Shown: piece after piece, positions 1-9,067 of the stretch
Position numbering within the stretch: the stretch's first letter is position 1
Layout of the letters: every line of letters begins with the position of its first letter
Source: Acidothermus cellulolyticus 11B
GTDB lineage: Bacteria > Actinomycetota > Actinomycetes > Acidothermales > Acidothermaceae
Length of the DNA stretch: 32,000 bases
NCBI RefSeq assembly: GCF_000015025.1
Contig: NC_008578.1
Span: forward strand, 30,001-62,000
Reading direction: 5' to 3'
The notes under the pieces: generated by a model
Database searches by the model: none
What the model saw: the letters and a program-made list of their open reading frames with translations, nothing else
Told to the model about the DNA's origin: nothing
Made by a program: the position numbers and the translations under genes

Positions 1-420
1 GTCCGTGCGCTTCGAGACACCCAATTTGCTTGCGTCGGCTCCCCCTGCGGCGGTCGGCGCGCCGTTGGTTAGCAACGGCGGCCATGCTTTTGCGCACGCG
101 TTGTAGCAGGTGGACGCGGTGCCACGGTCGGCGTCCCATAAATACAGCGTCATCCCCCGCCCGTCGACGAGATACGTCCCGAGGGGGCCGGTTGCCGTTC
201 CGACGACCGCAGCTCCGGCCGAAGCAGCGCCGGCCGAAGCAGCGCCGGATGACGCGGCGCCGCCGCCGGCGGCCTGGGCGGTGGATGTGGAGGCGGTCGA
301 ACCGCCGCCGTACGACGAACTGCTGCACCCAGCCGTGAGCAGGGCGGCGAACGCTACAGCGGCTAGGGCAATCGGTCGGCGGGCGCGCATCGCGGTCGAG
401 AGTGTCAGTCGGTCAAGCAT
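1..420 (-). CDS. Lipoprotein, COG4315-type (Yx(FWY)xxD repeat family); 3' end outside window
   Basis: Absent from the ORF track because it runs off the window edge. Reverse-strand ATG at 420 has GGAGG 6 nt upstream. Translation: MLDRLTLSTAMRARRPIALAAVAFAALLTAGCSSS (signal peptide plus lipobox LTAGC), then a Gly/Ala/Ser linker, then GTYLVDGRGMTLYLWDADRGTASTCYNACAKAWPPL. That last stretch matches the G..L.D..G.TLY.W..D...C...CA..WPP repeat of this lipoprotein family. The frame stays open to position 1. Confidence 0.7.
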   Translation of the reverse strand, partial: MLDRLTLSTAMRARRPIALAAVAFAALLTAGCSSSSYGGGSTASTSTAQAAGGGAASSGAASAGAASAGAAVVGTATGPLGTYLVDGRGMTLYLWDADRGTASTCYNACAKAWPPLLTNGAPTAAGGADASKLGVSKRTD

Positions 421-611
421 TGTGTGCCTCCGAGGTGAGGAGCGACCGGGGCCGGTTCCTCAGCAGTAACGAGCGGTCGGAGGCCGCGGTTCAGCCGGGT
501 CGACGGGCGACATCGCGCCCGTTCACATGCGCACGGGATCACCGCGCGCCAGCGTGTCACCGGTGTTCCGGAAACCCGCACGTTCAGACAGGCAATGGAT
601 CACCGTATCCG

Positions 612-1544
612 CTACTGATCGCGATCGTCGCGGTGACGGCGAGCCTGCTCGGCCAGGAACCGCTCCAGTTCGGCGGCGAGTTCGTCGGCGCTTGGGAGAT
701 TGTCTGTTCCGCCGCCCAGCGGGGATTCACCGCTTCTGGCGTGCAGGAAAGCGTCGTACTGTTGCTCGAGCGTGGAGACCATCGCCATCGCATCGGTCGA
801 CTCGCCAACCTGGCGGTCGATCTCGGCAAGCGTCGCCGCTGCGGCTGTTGCGATCGGCTCGCGGGGAAGGTCAAGGCCGGTACGTTCACGCAGCTCGTCG
901 ATGAGGCGCAGCGCCGCGGGTGGAAATTCGCTCTGCGCCACGTAGTGCGGCACGTGCACGGCGATTCCCATCGCCTTGCGGCCTTGTTCGCCGAGCCGGA
1001 ATTCCAGCAGATGCGCCGCGCTTGCCGGCACGTGCACCTGCTGCAGCCACGGCCGGTTGCCCGGAATGAGGTCCTGCGACGTCGCGTGCCGGGTGACGCC
1101 GATCGGCCGAGTGTGCGGCGTAGCAAGGGGAATCGCGTTGAGTCCAACAGTAACGTCGACGCCGTAACGCTCGAGGAGCGTGCACACGGCGGCGACGAAA
1201 CGCTCCCATTGCGTGTCCGGTTCCGGGCCGGTAAGCAGAAGAAACTCCCGCCCGCCGCCGTCCGTCACCGCGTGGACGACGAGCTCAGGGGCGTCGTACG
1301 CGGCCCAGTGGTCTTCGTCGAAGAGCATCGGCGGACGCCGCGCCCGGTAGTCGAACAGTTGATCGATATCGAACCGGGCGATTTCCCGGTGATCGAGGGT
1401 GTCCAGCAGGTGCCGGGCGGTCAACCGTACCGCGTCGCCGGCGTCGACGTACCCGGACAACGCGTGAACGAGAATCAGCGGCGCATCCGGCGCGCGCGCA
1501 GGCGGTGTGCCGCTGATGGTGTACAGGTCCGTGGGATCCAGCAC
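612..1544 (-). CDS. PAC2 (proteasome assembly chaperone 2-like) family protein, Rv2125-like
   Basis: 310-aa ORF. LILVHALSGYVDAGDA, LLLTGPEPDTQWERF, PHTRP, VHVPHYVAQSEFP and the C-terminal LPSADELAAELERFLAEQ resemble actinobacterial PAC2-family proteins as I recall them. The long + strand ORF 402..1556 is its antisense shadow. Confidence 0.85.
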   Translation of the reverse strand: MLDPTDLYTISGTPPARAPDAPLILVHALSGYVDAGDAVRLTARHLLDTLDHREIARFDIDQLFDYRARRPPMLFDEDHWAAYDAPELVVHAVTDGGGREFLLLTGPEPDTQWERFVAAVCTLLERYGVDVTVGLNAIPLATPHTRPIGVTRHATSQDLIPGNRPWLQQVHVPASAAHLLEFRLGEQGRKAMGIAVHVPHYVAQSEFPPAALRLIDELRERTGLDLPREPIATAAAATLAEIDRQVGESTDAMAMVSTLEQQYDAFLHARSGESPLGGGTDNLPSADELAAELERFLAEQARRHRDDRDQ

Positions 1545-1778
1545 GATGCCTCCTGACAGTCATTCTCCCCGATCTCGCGTCTGGACGCAGGGTTACGGTT
1601 CGCCGGCCGGAACCCGCGCTGCGGGTCGGACGCGGCGCCGCCGATCCCAGCCGCGGCACGACGTGACGGATCCCAGCGGCAGTGGGTCGCGGATCCCAGT
1701 CGCGGCACGGTCGCCGCGGCTCGACGTAACCGCCCAACCACCATGCCAGGGCGGATGATGGGATCGAGGAGGTCGCCC

Positions 1779-3425
1779 GTGACACGTGCAGCGCAGGTTC
1801 GCCGGCAGCTCACCCGTACGACGCTTCAGCACGGCATCTTCGACGTCCTCGTCGTCGGCGGCGGGATCATCGGCCTCTCCACGGCGTGGCACGCCGCGCG
1901 CTCCGGCCTGCGGGTCGCGTTGGTGGAGGCAGGCGACTTCGCCGGCGCCACGTCAAGTGCGTCGACGAAATTGGTGCACGGCGGGCTGCGCTATTTGGCG
2001 ATGGGTGACCTGCGGTTGGTGTACGAGAACCACACCGAACGCCGGGCGCTGGGGGATGAGCTGGCGCCGCATTTGGTGCGGCCATTGCCGTTTCTGGTGC
2101 CGCTTTATGAGGGCGGCCCGTACGGCAGGGTCCGCGTCGGGGCGGGGATGCTCGTCTACTCCGCATTATCGAAATTCGACGACGGTCCCGGGAAATTGTT
2201 GTCCGCGCGTCGTGCCGCCCAGATGGTTCCGGCGCTGCGGCTCGACGGTCTGCGCGGTTGCGGCCTGTACTACGACCACCAGATGAACGATGCACGAGTT
2301 GCGTTGATGGTCGCGCACGCCGCGTCCGAATGCGGCGCGGTGCTCGCCAATTACTCGGCTGTCACCGGGTTTCTGGTGGAGAACGGACGAATGTCCGGTG
2401 CCTGCGTGGTGGATCGGCTCGACGGCACCGAGTACGCCGTCGCAGCGCGGGCCGTGGTCAACGCAACCGGACCGTGGGTGGATCACGTACGCCGACTGGA
2501 AGACCCGGACGCGGCGCCGTCCGTGCAATTGTCGAAAGGCGCACACCTCGTCGTCCGGCTGCACGCGCCGGCTGACGGGGAAGCGCCGCCGTGGCGGGCT
2601 GCGCTCACCGTGCCGCTCGCCGACGGCCGGGTCTCGTTCGCGATTCCGTGGGAAGACCAGCTGCTGCTCGGCACCACGGACGAGCCGTACGACGGGGATC
2701 CTGCGGCTGTGCAGTGCACGGACGCCGACGAAGCGCGCATTCTCTCCGAGGCAGGTCAGGCGATTGACCCCGCCTGGTTAGCAAAGGTGGAGGTGCGGTA
2801 TCGGTTCGCCGGTCTTCGGGTGCTGCCGCGGAGTGAGCAAGACACCCAGCACATTCGCCGGGAGACGGTCATCAGCCGCGGGCGATACGGACTGGTCAGT
2901 GTGGCCGGCGGCAAGTGGACGACGTTCCGCCGTATCGGTCTCGACGTGCTGCGCCAGATAGCCGAGACGCTAGGCGGAACGGCCATCGATGACCATCGGA
3001 TGATGCTTCCCGGTGCGGCGCATCCGGATGCGGTGGCCAGAATCCTCCGCGCCGCGCATCCCGAACTGCCGGCGGATGTCGTCGCGCATCTCGCCGGCCA
3101 TTACGGCACGTACGCCCATGAGATCAGCCGGATTCTGACCGCGGATCCGCGGTTGGCGGAGCGGATTCATCCCGACGGTCCCGATATTTGGGCGCAAGTC
3201 GCGTACGCCGTGACCGACGAGTGGGCGTGCACGGTCGACGATATTCTGCGCCGGCGTACCACGGTCGAGGTGCGCGGCCTGGCCACCCCGGAGGTACACG
3301 CTGAGGTCGAACGCTGGCTGCAGCGGACGGGGGTTAACCCGATGAGCCGCTGGCTCGCCCGGTGGACGAGGCCGTGGCCGTCGGGCCGAAAGGCGGTACG
3401 CAGCGCGGTCCGGCGGGTCAGTTAG
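1779..3425 (+). CDS. glpD: FAD-dependent glycerol-3-phosphate dehydrogenase
   Basis: N-terminal dinucleotide-binding motif FDVLVVGGGIIGLSTAW followed by SSASTKLVHGGLRYL, typical of GlpD. Length about 550 aa. Preferred start is the in-frame GTG at 1779, preceded by GAGGAGG (1766-1772). The ORF-track start at 1743 is also possible. Confidence 0.9.
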   Translation: MTRAAQVRRQLTRTTLQHGIFDVLVVGGGIIGLSTAWHAARSGLRVALVEAGDFAGATSSASTKLVHGGLRYLAMGDLRLVYENHTERRALGDELAPHLVRPLPFLVPLYEGGPYGRVRVGAGMLVYSALSKFDDGPGKLLSARRAAQMVPALRLDGLRGCGLYYDHQMNDARVALMVAHAASECGAVLANYSAVTGFLVENGRMSGACVVDRLDGTEYAVAARAVVNATGPWVDHVRRLEDPDAAPSVQLSKGAHLVVRLHAPADGEAPPWRAALTVPLADGRVSFAIPWEDQLLLGTTDEPYDGDPAAVQCTDADEARILSEAGQAIDPAWLAKVEVRYRFAGLRVLPRSEQDTQHIRRETVISRGRYGLVSVAGGKWTTFRRIGLDVLRQIAETLGGTAIDDHRMMLPGAAHPDAVARILRAAHPELPADVVAHLAGHYGTYAHEISRILTADPRLAERIHPDGPDIWAQVAYAVTDEWACTVDDILRRRTTVEVRGLATPEVHAEVERWLQRTGVNPMSRWLARWTRPWPSGRKAVRSAVRRVS

Positions 3426-4239
3426 CGGGTACGCAGCGGAATCGGCGATCGGGCAAGACCGGGAAATCACGACGGATCCGCGGTACCTCGCCGAGGTCGA
3501 TGTCGACGGTGAGAATCTCCTCACCGGCGCCGGCTTCCGCAACGACCTGTCCCCACGGATCGACGACCACGCTGTGCCCGGCGAGCTCAACACCCTGCTG
3601 ATGCCCGGTTTCGTTGCAGGCCACGACGAAAAGCTGATTTTCAATAGCGCGGGCGCGGGTGAGCACCCGCCAATGTTCCAACCGTTGCGCCGGCCAGCCG
3701 CTCGGTATCACGAGCAGGTCGCAGCCCTGGTCGACCAGAATCCGGTACAGCTCAGGAAACCGCAAGTCGTAGCACGTGCTCGTGCCATAGGTTGCCGTCT
3801 CGGTCATCCGGCCGCCCTCGAGCCGGCACGTGGTGACGTCATTGCCGGCGGCGAGCATCCGCGCCTCGCCCTCGTGGAAACCGAAAAGGTGAACCTTGCG
3901 GTACGTGTGGGCAATGGCGCCGTCCGGATTGAGGAGCACGGCGGTGTTGTAGCCGATGCGGTCTGTTGCCGGATCGGCGCGTTCGATGAACGTTCCGGCC
4001 ATGATGAACGCGCCAAGCTCCTTTGCGACCGCGCCGAGCCGCGGAATAATCGGACCAGGCAATTCCGTGGCGACCTCGGCGAAGAAACGGCTGGCGAACG
4101 CGCCGGGAACCCACAATTCCGGCAGCACGACAAGGTCGGCGTCCCGGCAGCTCGCGACGAGGTCAACGACCCGATCGACGCGATCCGGCCACGGCTCGTG
4201 GTCGCTGACCTCAAGTTGCAGGATGGTGATCCGCATCAA
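3418..4239 (-). CDS. Carbon-nitrogen hydrolase (nitrilase superfamily) protein
   Basis: 273 aa. The Glu-Lys-Cys catalytic triad contexts are visible: VVLPELW, YRKVHLF and GTSTCYDLRFPE. Its 3' end overlaps the glpD 3' end convergently by 8 nt. Confidence 0.85.
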   Translation of the reverse strand: MMRITILQLEVSDHEPWPDRVDRVVDLVASCRDADLVVLPELWVPGAFASRFFAEVATELPGPIIPRLGAVAKELGAFIMAGTFIERADPATDRIGYNTAVLLNPDGAIAHTYRKVHLFGFHEGEARMLAAGNDVTTCRLEGGRMTETATYGTSTCYDLRFPELYRILVDQGCDLLVIPSGWPAQRLEHWRVLTRARAIENQLFVVACNETGHQQGVELAGHSVVVDPWGQVVAEAGAGEEILTVDIDLGEVPRIRRDFPVLPDRRFRCVPAN

Positions 4240-4266
4240 TAACTCTCCCGTTTCCGCAACTGAAAC

Positions 4267-5907
4267 CTACACGGCTGCGAGCAGTGCGGCTCCTGGGTCC
4301 TCGAGGAACGCCGCGACGTCCCGCAGGAAACGGGATCCGAGGTCACCGTCGATGATGCGATGGTCAAAGGACAGGCCGAGTGTCGTCACCCAACGCGGCT
4401 GAACCGCATCGTGATACAGCCACGGAGCACGCCGAACCGTACCGAGCGCGAGAATCGCCGCTTCGCCGGGGTTGATGATGGGTGTCCCGGTATCAACGCC
4501 GAAGACGCCCACATTCGTTATCGTGAAGGTTCCGTTGCGGAGCTGTGCGAGAGGGGTACGCCCTTCCCGGGCGGTAGCCGCCAGCTCGTTGATGGCCCGG
4601 GCCAGGTCGATGAGAGAGAGCCGGTCGGCGTCCTTGATATTGGGGACGACGAGGCCGCGGGGCGTAGCGGTCGCGATACCAAGGTTCACGTAATGCCGCA
4701 CGACGATTTCGTCGGAAGCGTCGTCCCAGTAGGAATTCACGAGCGGGTACCGACGCAGGGCGAGGAGAACCGCCTTCGCGGTAAGTGTCAGCGGTGACAA
4801 TTTGATGCCGGCAAATTCCGGCCGATTCCGCAACCGGTCCAGCGTCTCCATCGACGGCGTGACGTCTATGGTCACGAATTCCGTGACGTGCGGAATCGTA
4901 AAGGCGCTGCGGACCATCGCTGCGGCGGTTTCCCGGCGGACACCGCGCACCGGAATGCGCTCCTCGCCGCGCATTATCGGCGGCCGCGTCGCGTCCGGCG
5001 CGGTCGCGGCAGCCGCCAGCGATTCTCCCAGTGTGGCCCCTGCGGTGGTTCGCGCGGCCGTTGCGGTGGTTCGTGCGGCTGCTTCGACGTCCTCGCGGGT
5101 GATGACCCCGCCCGGCCCGCTGCCCTGGACGCCGCGCAGATCGACGTGCAGGTCGCGCGCCAGCTTGCGCACCGGCGGTTTCGCCAATATCGGCTCGGTG
5201 AGCACGCTGCGGTCACGCGCGGTCGAGACGGGGGACGTCGTCACCGCCCGCGGCGGCGGTTCGTCTGCGGTCTCCTCCACGGTGTCGATGGCGGGAACAG
5301 CGATGTGCTCCGGCTGCTGACTGTGAAATGCGGCCGCGACCGCCTGTACCGGTTCCGCCGGCCGTTCCGGCTTACCGACCCGCCGACGGCGGCGGTGTGG
5401 GGTTCCTTCGGTTCGCGGTCCGTAACCAACGAGAACGGCTGTTCGTTCGGTGCCGCCCGATGCATCTGGCATGTCGCTGGATTTTTCCGGTGCCATGGCA
5501 GTCGATTTTTCCGTCGCTGCGGCGGTTCCAGATCCCGTCGCCGGAACGGTTCCGGATCCCGTCGCCGCAATCACCGCAGATTCCCGCGGCATGGCCGCCG
5601 AATCGGCTTCGTCGTTGGCATTCGGTGTTTCGCGCACTCCCGGGTGCGCTCCGGACTGCGCCGCGGCGACGTCGATGCCGATGATGGGCGTGCCGACCGG
5701 AACCGTCGTTCCCTCGGCGACGAGAATCTCCGCAACGATTCCCGCAAACGGGCTCGGCAACTCGACGAGAGCCTTGGCGGTTTCGATTTCGGCGATGACC
5801 TGATTCTGGCCGACACGGTCGCCTGGACGTACGTGCCAGCGGGTGATTTCCGCCTCTGTCAGACCTTCTCCCACATCGGGAAGCCGGAAGTATCGAATAT
5901 CGATCAC
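4267..5907 (-). CDS. bkdC: 2-oxoacid dehydrogenase E2 (dihydrolipoamide acyltransferase), branched-chain type by operon context
   Basis: N-terminal lipoyl domain (PDVGEGLTEAEI...IAEIETAKALVELPSP), a long Ala/Pro/Thr linker, a subunit-binding segment (AKPPVRKLARDLHVDL) and a C-terminal catalytic motif (LSFDHRIIDG). GTG start at 5907 with GGAGGAGG upstream. Confidence 0.9.
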   Translation of the reverse strand: MIDIRYFRLPDVGEGLTEAEITRWHVRPGDRVGQNQVIAEIETAKALVELPSPFAGIVAEILVAEGTTVPVGTPIIGIDVAAAQSGAHPGVRETPNANDEADSAAMPRESAVIAATGSGTVPATGSGTAAATEKSTAMAPEKSSDMPDASGGTERTAVLVGYGPRTEGTPHRRRRRVGKPERPAEPVQAVAAAFHSQQPEHIAVPAIDTVEETADEPPPRAVTTSPVSTARDRSVLTEPILAKPPVRKLARDLHVDLRGVQGSGPGGVITREDVEAAARTTATAARTTAGATLGESLAAAATAPDATRPPIMRGEERIPVRGVRRETAAAMVRSAFTIPHVTEFVTIDVTPSMETLDRLRNRPEFAGIKLSPLTLTAKAVLLALRRYPLVNSYWDDASDEIVVRHYVNLGIATATPRGLVVPNIKDADRLSLIDLARAINELAATAREGRTPLAQLRNGTFTITNVGVFGVDTGTPIINPGEAAILALGTVRRAPWLYHDAVQPRWVTTLGLSFDHRIIDGDLGSRFLRDVAAFLEDPGAALLAAV

Positions 5908-5931
5908 GGGACCTCCTCCGTTACCGGCCGG

Positions 5932-6915
5932 CTAGTAGGCAAAGACGCGGTCGACCGCGTCGAGGACCCGCTCGACGTCCGGCAGATAGTGCTCTTCGAG
6001 TCGGGAGGGTGGATACGGGATGGAGAAACCGCCGACGCGCAGCACGGGGGCCTCCAGACTGTAGAAGCACTGTTCCGTGACCCGCGCCGCCAATTCCGCG
6101 CCGTAGCCGACGAACACAGGTGCCTCGTGGATGACGACACATCGGCCGGTGCGTCGCACCGAGTGATGCACGGTCTCCCAGTCGAGCGGCGAGAGCGAGC
6201 GAATGTCGATGACCTCGAGCTCGCGACCGTCCTCAGCCGCAGCGGCCGCCGCGTCGAGGGCGAGCCGAACTGAGGGTCCGTAGGCGAGAAGTGTGGCGTC
6301 ACGGCCTTCCCGGACAACCCGTGCGGCGTGCAGCGGGAACGCATCCTCCAACGGAATGTCGAGATCGACGTCGCCGCGTTCCCAGTACCGCCGCTTCGGC
6401 TCGAAGAAAATCACCGGGTCGTCGCACGCCACCGCCTGCTGAATCATCGTGTACGCGTCGGCGGCGTTGGAGCAGGCGACCACTTTCAGCCCGGGAATGT
6501 GAGCGAAGAGCGCTTCCGGCGATTCGCTGTGATGCTCGACCGCGCCGATTCCGCCGCCGAACGGGATGCGGATGACGAGCGGAACGCGAAGCCGCCCGCC
6601 CGACCGGTAGTGCAATTTCGCCAGCTGGTTCACGATCTGGTCGTACGCAGGGAAGACGAATCCGTCGAATTGGATTTCGCAGACCGGGCGCCATCCGCGC
6701 AGCGCCATTCCGATCGCCGTTCCGACGATCCCGGATTCCGCCAGCGGCGTGTCCATGACCCGGTCTTCGCCGAAATCCTTCTGGAGCCCGTCGGTGACCC
6801 GGAAGACGCCGCCGAGTTTGCCGACGTCCTCGCCCATGATGACAACCTTGGGGTTGGCTTCGAGTGCTTTGCGCAGCCCAAGGTTGAGCGCCCGCGCCAA
6901 GGCCAACGCGGCCAT
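5932..6915 (-). CDS. bkdB: 2-oxoacid dehydrogenase E1 component, beta subunit
   Basis: 327 aa. VVIMGEDVGKLGGVFRVT, the EIQFDGFVFPA-type transketolase-like pyrimidine domain and a C-terminal domain. The ATG directly abuts the E1alpha stop (TAAATG). Confidence 0.9.
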   Translation of the reverse strand: MAALALARALNLGLRKALEANPKVVIMGEDVGKLGGVFRVTDGLQKDFGEDRVMDTPLAESGIVGTAIGMALRGWRPVCEIQFDGFVFPAYDQIVNQLAKLHYRSGGRLRVPLVIRIPFGGGIGAVEHHSESPEALFAHIPGLKVVACSNAADAYTMIQQAVACDDPVIFFEPKRRYWERGDVDLDIPLEDAFPLHAARVVREGRDATLLAYGPSVRLALDAAAAAAEDGRELEVIDIRSLSPLDWETVHHSVRRTGRCVVIHEAPVFVGYGAELAARVTEQCFYSLEAPVLRVGGFSIPYPPSRLEEHYLPDVERVLDAVDRVFAY

Positions 6916-8034
6916 TTACGCCTCCTCGAACGATGCCAGGTACTCGGCGTATGCGGCCTTTTCGGCGTCCAGCATCGCCGAGCCGGCGGCGTACACGTGG
7001 TCGAACATGGTGAGCGGCCCGGGATCCGGCATCGTCACGCAGGCAGCGCGTACCCGTTCGGCGAGCCGCTCGGCCTCCGTGTCAACGTCGGTGAAAAAGT
7101 CAGCGTCGGCGGCGCCGCTGCGCGACAGGTACGCTTTCACCCGCTCAATGGGATCGCGGAGTTTCCATGCCTCGACCTCCGCCGCGAGCCGGTAGCGGGT
7201 CGGATCGTCGGACGTCGTGTGCGCGCCCATCCGGTAGGTGAACGCCTCGATAAGGTACGGCCCGTTCCCGGCCCGCACATGCGCGGCGGCCGCACGGGTG
7301 ACCGCGAGACATGCCAGGACGTCGTTGCCGTCCACCCGGACGCCGGGAAAGCCGAATCCCGCCGCCCGCTGGTACAGCGGGATCGGCGACTGGCGGATCT
7401 CCGGAACCGAGATCGCCCATTGGTTGTTCTGCACGAAGAAAATCACCGGCGCTCGGTAGGAGGCGGCGAAAACAAATGCCTCGTTGACGTCACCTTCGCT
7501 GGTTGCCCCGTCACCGAAGTAGGCGATGGCAATGCTGTCATTTCCGGGCTCACGCTGCAGCGCCATCGCATAACCGACGGCGTGCAAGGCGTGCGCGCCG
7601 ATGACGATTGTGTACGGCGCGACATGGTATGCCGCCGGATCCCAGCCGCCGAAATTGATGCCCCGGAACAATTGGAGAATGTCTTCCGGCGGAATGCCGC
7701 GGCACCAGGCGACCCCGTGCTCCCGATAGGTCGGAAAGACCATGTCGGTCGGTCGTAATGCCCGCGCGGAACCAATTTGCGCCGCTTCCTGTCCGAGGAC
7801 TTGCGCCCAGATGCCGAGTTCGCCTTGGCGCTGCAACGTGGTCGCCTCGACGTCAAAGCGCCGCAGCGCGACCATGTCACGGTAAAGCGCGCGAACGTCG
7901 TCGTCCGCGATTTCGAGGGGAAAGTCCGGATGGCCGCGCCGCTGTCCTTCGGGGGTGAGGAGCTGGACGAGGGTGGGATCGGCGGGTCCGGCTTCAGCAG
8001 GGGCGACCGTGTGATGGAGCGAGTCGACGGTCAC
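6916..8034 (-). CDS. bkdA: 2-oxoacid dehydrogenase E1 component, alpha subunit (TPP-dependent)
   Basis: TPP-binding region IAIAYFGDGATSEGDVNEAFVFAA...FFVQNNQWAIS. The ORF track extends to 8148, but that extra N-terminus is Arg/Cys-rich. The in-frame GTG at 8034 has AAGGAG at 8042-8047, so it is the preferred start. Confidence 0.88.
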   Translation of the reverse strand: MTVDSLHHTVAPAEAGPADPTLVQLLTPEGQRRGHPDFPLEIADDDVRALYRDMVALRRFDVEATTLQRQGELGIWAQVLGQEAAQIGSARALRPTDMVFPTYREHGVAWCRGIPPEDILQLFRGINFGGWDPAAYHVAPYTIVIGAHALHAVGYAMALQREPGNDSIAIAYFGDGATSEGDVNEAFVFAASYRAPVIFFVQNNQWAISVPEIRQSPIPLYQRAAGFGFPGVRVDGNDVLACLAVTRAAAAHVRAGNGPYLIEAFTYRMGAHTTSDDPTRYRLAAEVEAWKLRDPIERVKAYLSRSGAADADFFTDVDTEAERLAERVRAACVTMPDPGPLTMFDHVYAAGSAMLDAEKAAYAEYLASFEEA

Positions 8035-8185
8035 GATGACACTCCTTTGCCTGCACGACGCGAGGGTCTCCCGCGTCCGACGTGCGCCCGTGTCGCCCGG
8101 CGGACACGGGCATCGTGACCAACGCTGCCGCCTTGTGGGCGTCGCCATCGATCACAAGGCCATGGTGACAGAAATCTAGCGGTCG

Positions 8186-8347
8186 TCGCGACCGGAACCC
8201 GCCACCACCACCGGGACCAGAACCGGCCACCACCTGTCGCGACCGGAACCGGCCACCTCTGCCGTGACCGTCCCCCGCTGCCTATCGCGACTGGAACCGG
8301 CCACCTCTGCCGTGACCGTCCCCCGCCGCCTATCGCGACTGGAACCG
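8186..8347. repeat. Tandem repeat array, 48-bp unit, about 3.3 copies (first copy degenerate)
   Basis: Copies at 8237-8284 and 8285-8332 are 46/48 identical (tcgcgacYggaaccggccacctctgccgtgaccgtcccccgcYgccta). A partial copy lies at 8333-8347 and a 51-bp degenerate copy at 8186-8236. The array sits between the E1alpha start and the 3' end of the Pro-rich ORF. Confidence 0.9.
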
Positions 8348-9067
8348 TCCTCCGCCGGCGAGTCTGCGAAGGCCTAGCGCGCGCGGGCATCCTGCGGGGC
8401 CATGGCCTCGTCCCGCAATCCACGGGCCGAACCAGCTGCCGACGGTGCAGCCGTGGTCACGTCCTCTGGGCGTCGGCGGGTGTCGCTTGGTGTGCTGAGG
8501 CTGGTGAACGCGGTGTGGATGTTTGGGTCCCTTCGGGGCGCCCGCCTGTGCACCCGGTTGCCGGCCGGGTTGGCTCACCGGCGGTTGGGTCGCCGGTGGG
8601 GCGGGTGACGGCGTCGGTGTGACGGACGGCGGCGCGGGCGACGGCGTCGGTGTGGCGGACGAGCCACCGATCGGGAAGTTGATCTCCTGTGTCCCGGGCG
8701 TCGGCCGGCTCGGAACGCTTGGTGGCGCGGGGGTCGGAGTCTCAGCCGGTCGGGCCTCGGGGCGTGACGGGGACGGTGTCGGCACCGCCGACGGCGTCTG
8801 CGGAGGAGGGTTCCCGCTGTTCGGTGCGGCCGTGGTTGTCGGGCTGCGCGGAATCACCACCACCGGGCTTGGCGCGTTGCTTCCGACCGGATAGCCGGCG
8901 GCTGCCGGTGGCGCTGCACGATGGTCGGTGATTGCTTGCGATCCAACGAGGACGACGCCGGCGGTGGCCGCTGTCGTCACGGCGATGAGACCGGCGATCG
9001 TGACCACGGTCTTGGCGGACGTAGCGGCGAGCATGCCCGGCGTACGTGTCGGCGCTCGGTGCTTCAT
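8330..9067 (-). CDS. Proline/threonine-rich membrane-anchored protein (hypothetical)
   Basis: ATG at 9067 with GGGGAG upstream. N-terminal TM segment VVTIAGLIAVTTAATAGVVLVG, then a long Pro-rich region with an internal TPTPSPAPPSV-type repeat. The basic C-terminal tail and stop lie inside the 48-bp tandem repeat, so the 3' end is uncertain. Confidence 0.55.
   Translation of the reverse strand: MKHRAPTRTPGMLAATSAKTVVTIAGLIAVTTAATAGVVLVGSQAITDHRAAPPAAAGYPVGSNAPSPVVVIPRSPTTTAAPNSGNPPPQTPSAVPTPSPSRPEARPAETPTPAPPSVPSRPTPGTQEINFPIGGSSATPTPSPAPPSVTPTPSPAPPATQPPVSQPGRQPGAQAGAPKGPKHPHRVHQPQHTKRHPPTPRGRDHGCTVGSWFGPWIAGRGHGPAGCPRALGLRRLAGGGRFQSR

Noticed and set aside
402-1556. 384-aa + strand ORF, plus several others at 527-1209, overlapping the PAC2 gene
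   Set aside because: Arg/Gly/Ala-rich with no recognisable motifs. It lies exactly antisense to a gene with clear family similarity, which is the typical long shadow ORF of high-GC DNA.
4888-7758. 461-aa (4888..6273) and 476-aa (6328..7758) + strand ORFs
   Set aside because: They are antisense to the E2, E1beta and E1alpha genes, which carry unmistakable lipoyl, TPP and catalytic motifs. The shadow ORFs are Arg-rich and featureless.
8186-8347. Possible CRISPR array
   Set aside because: The units are directly abutting 48-bp tandem copies with no unique spacers. There are no cas genes in the window.
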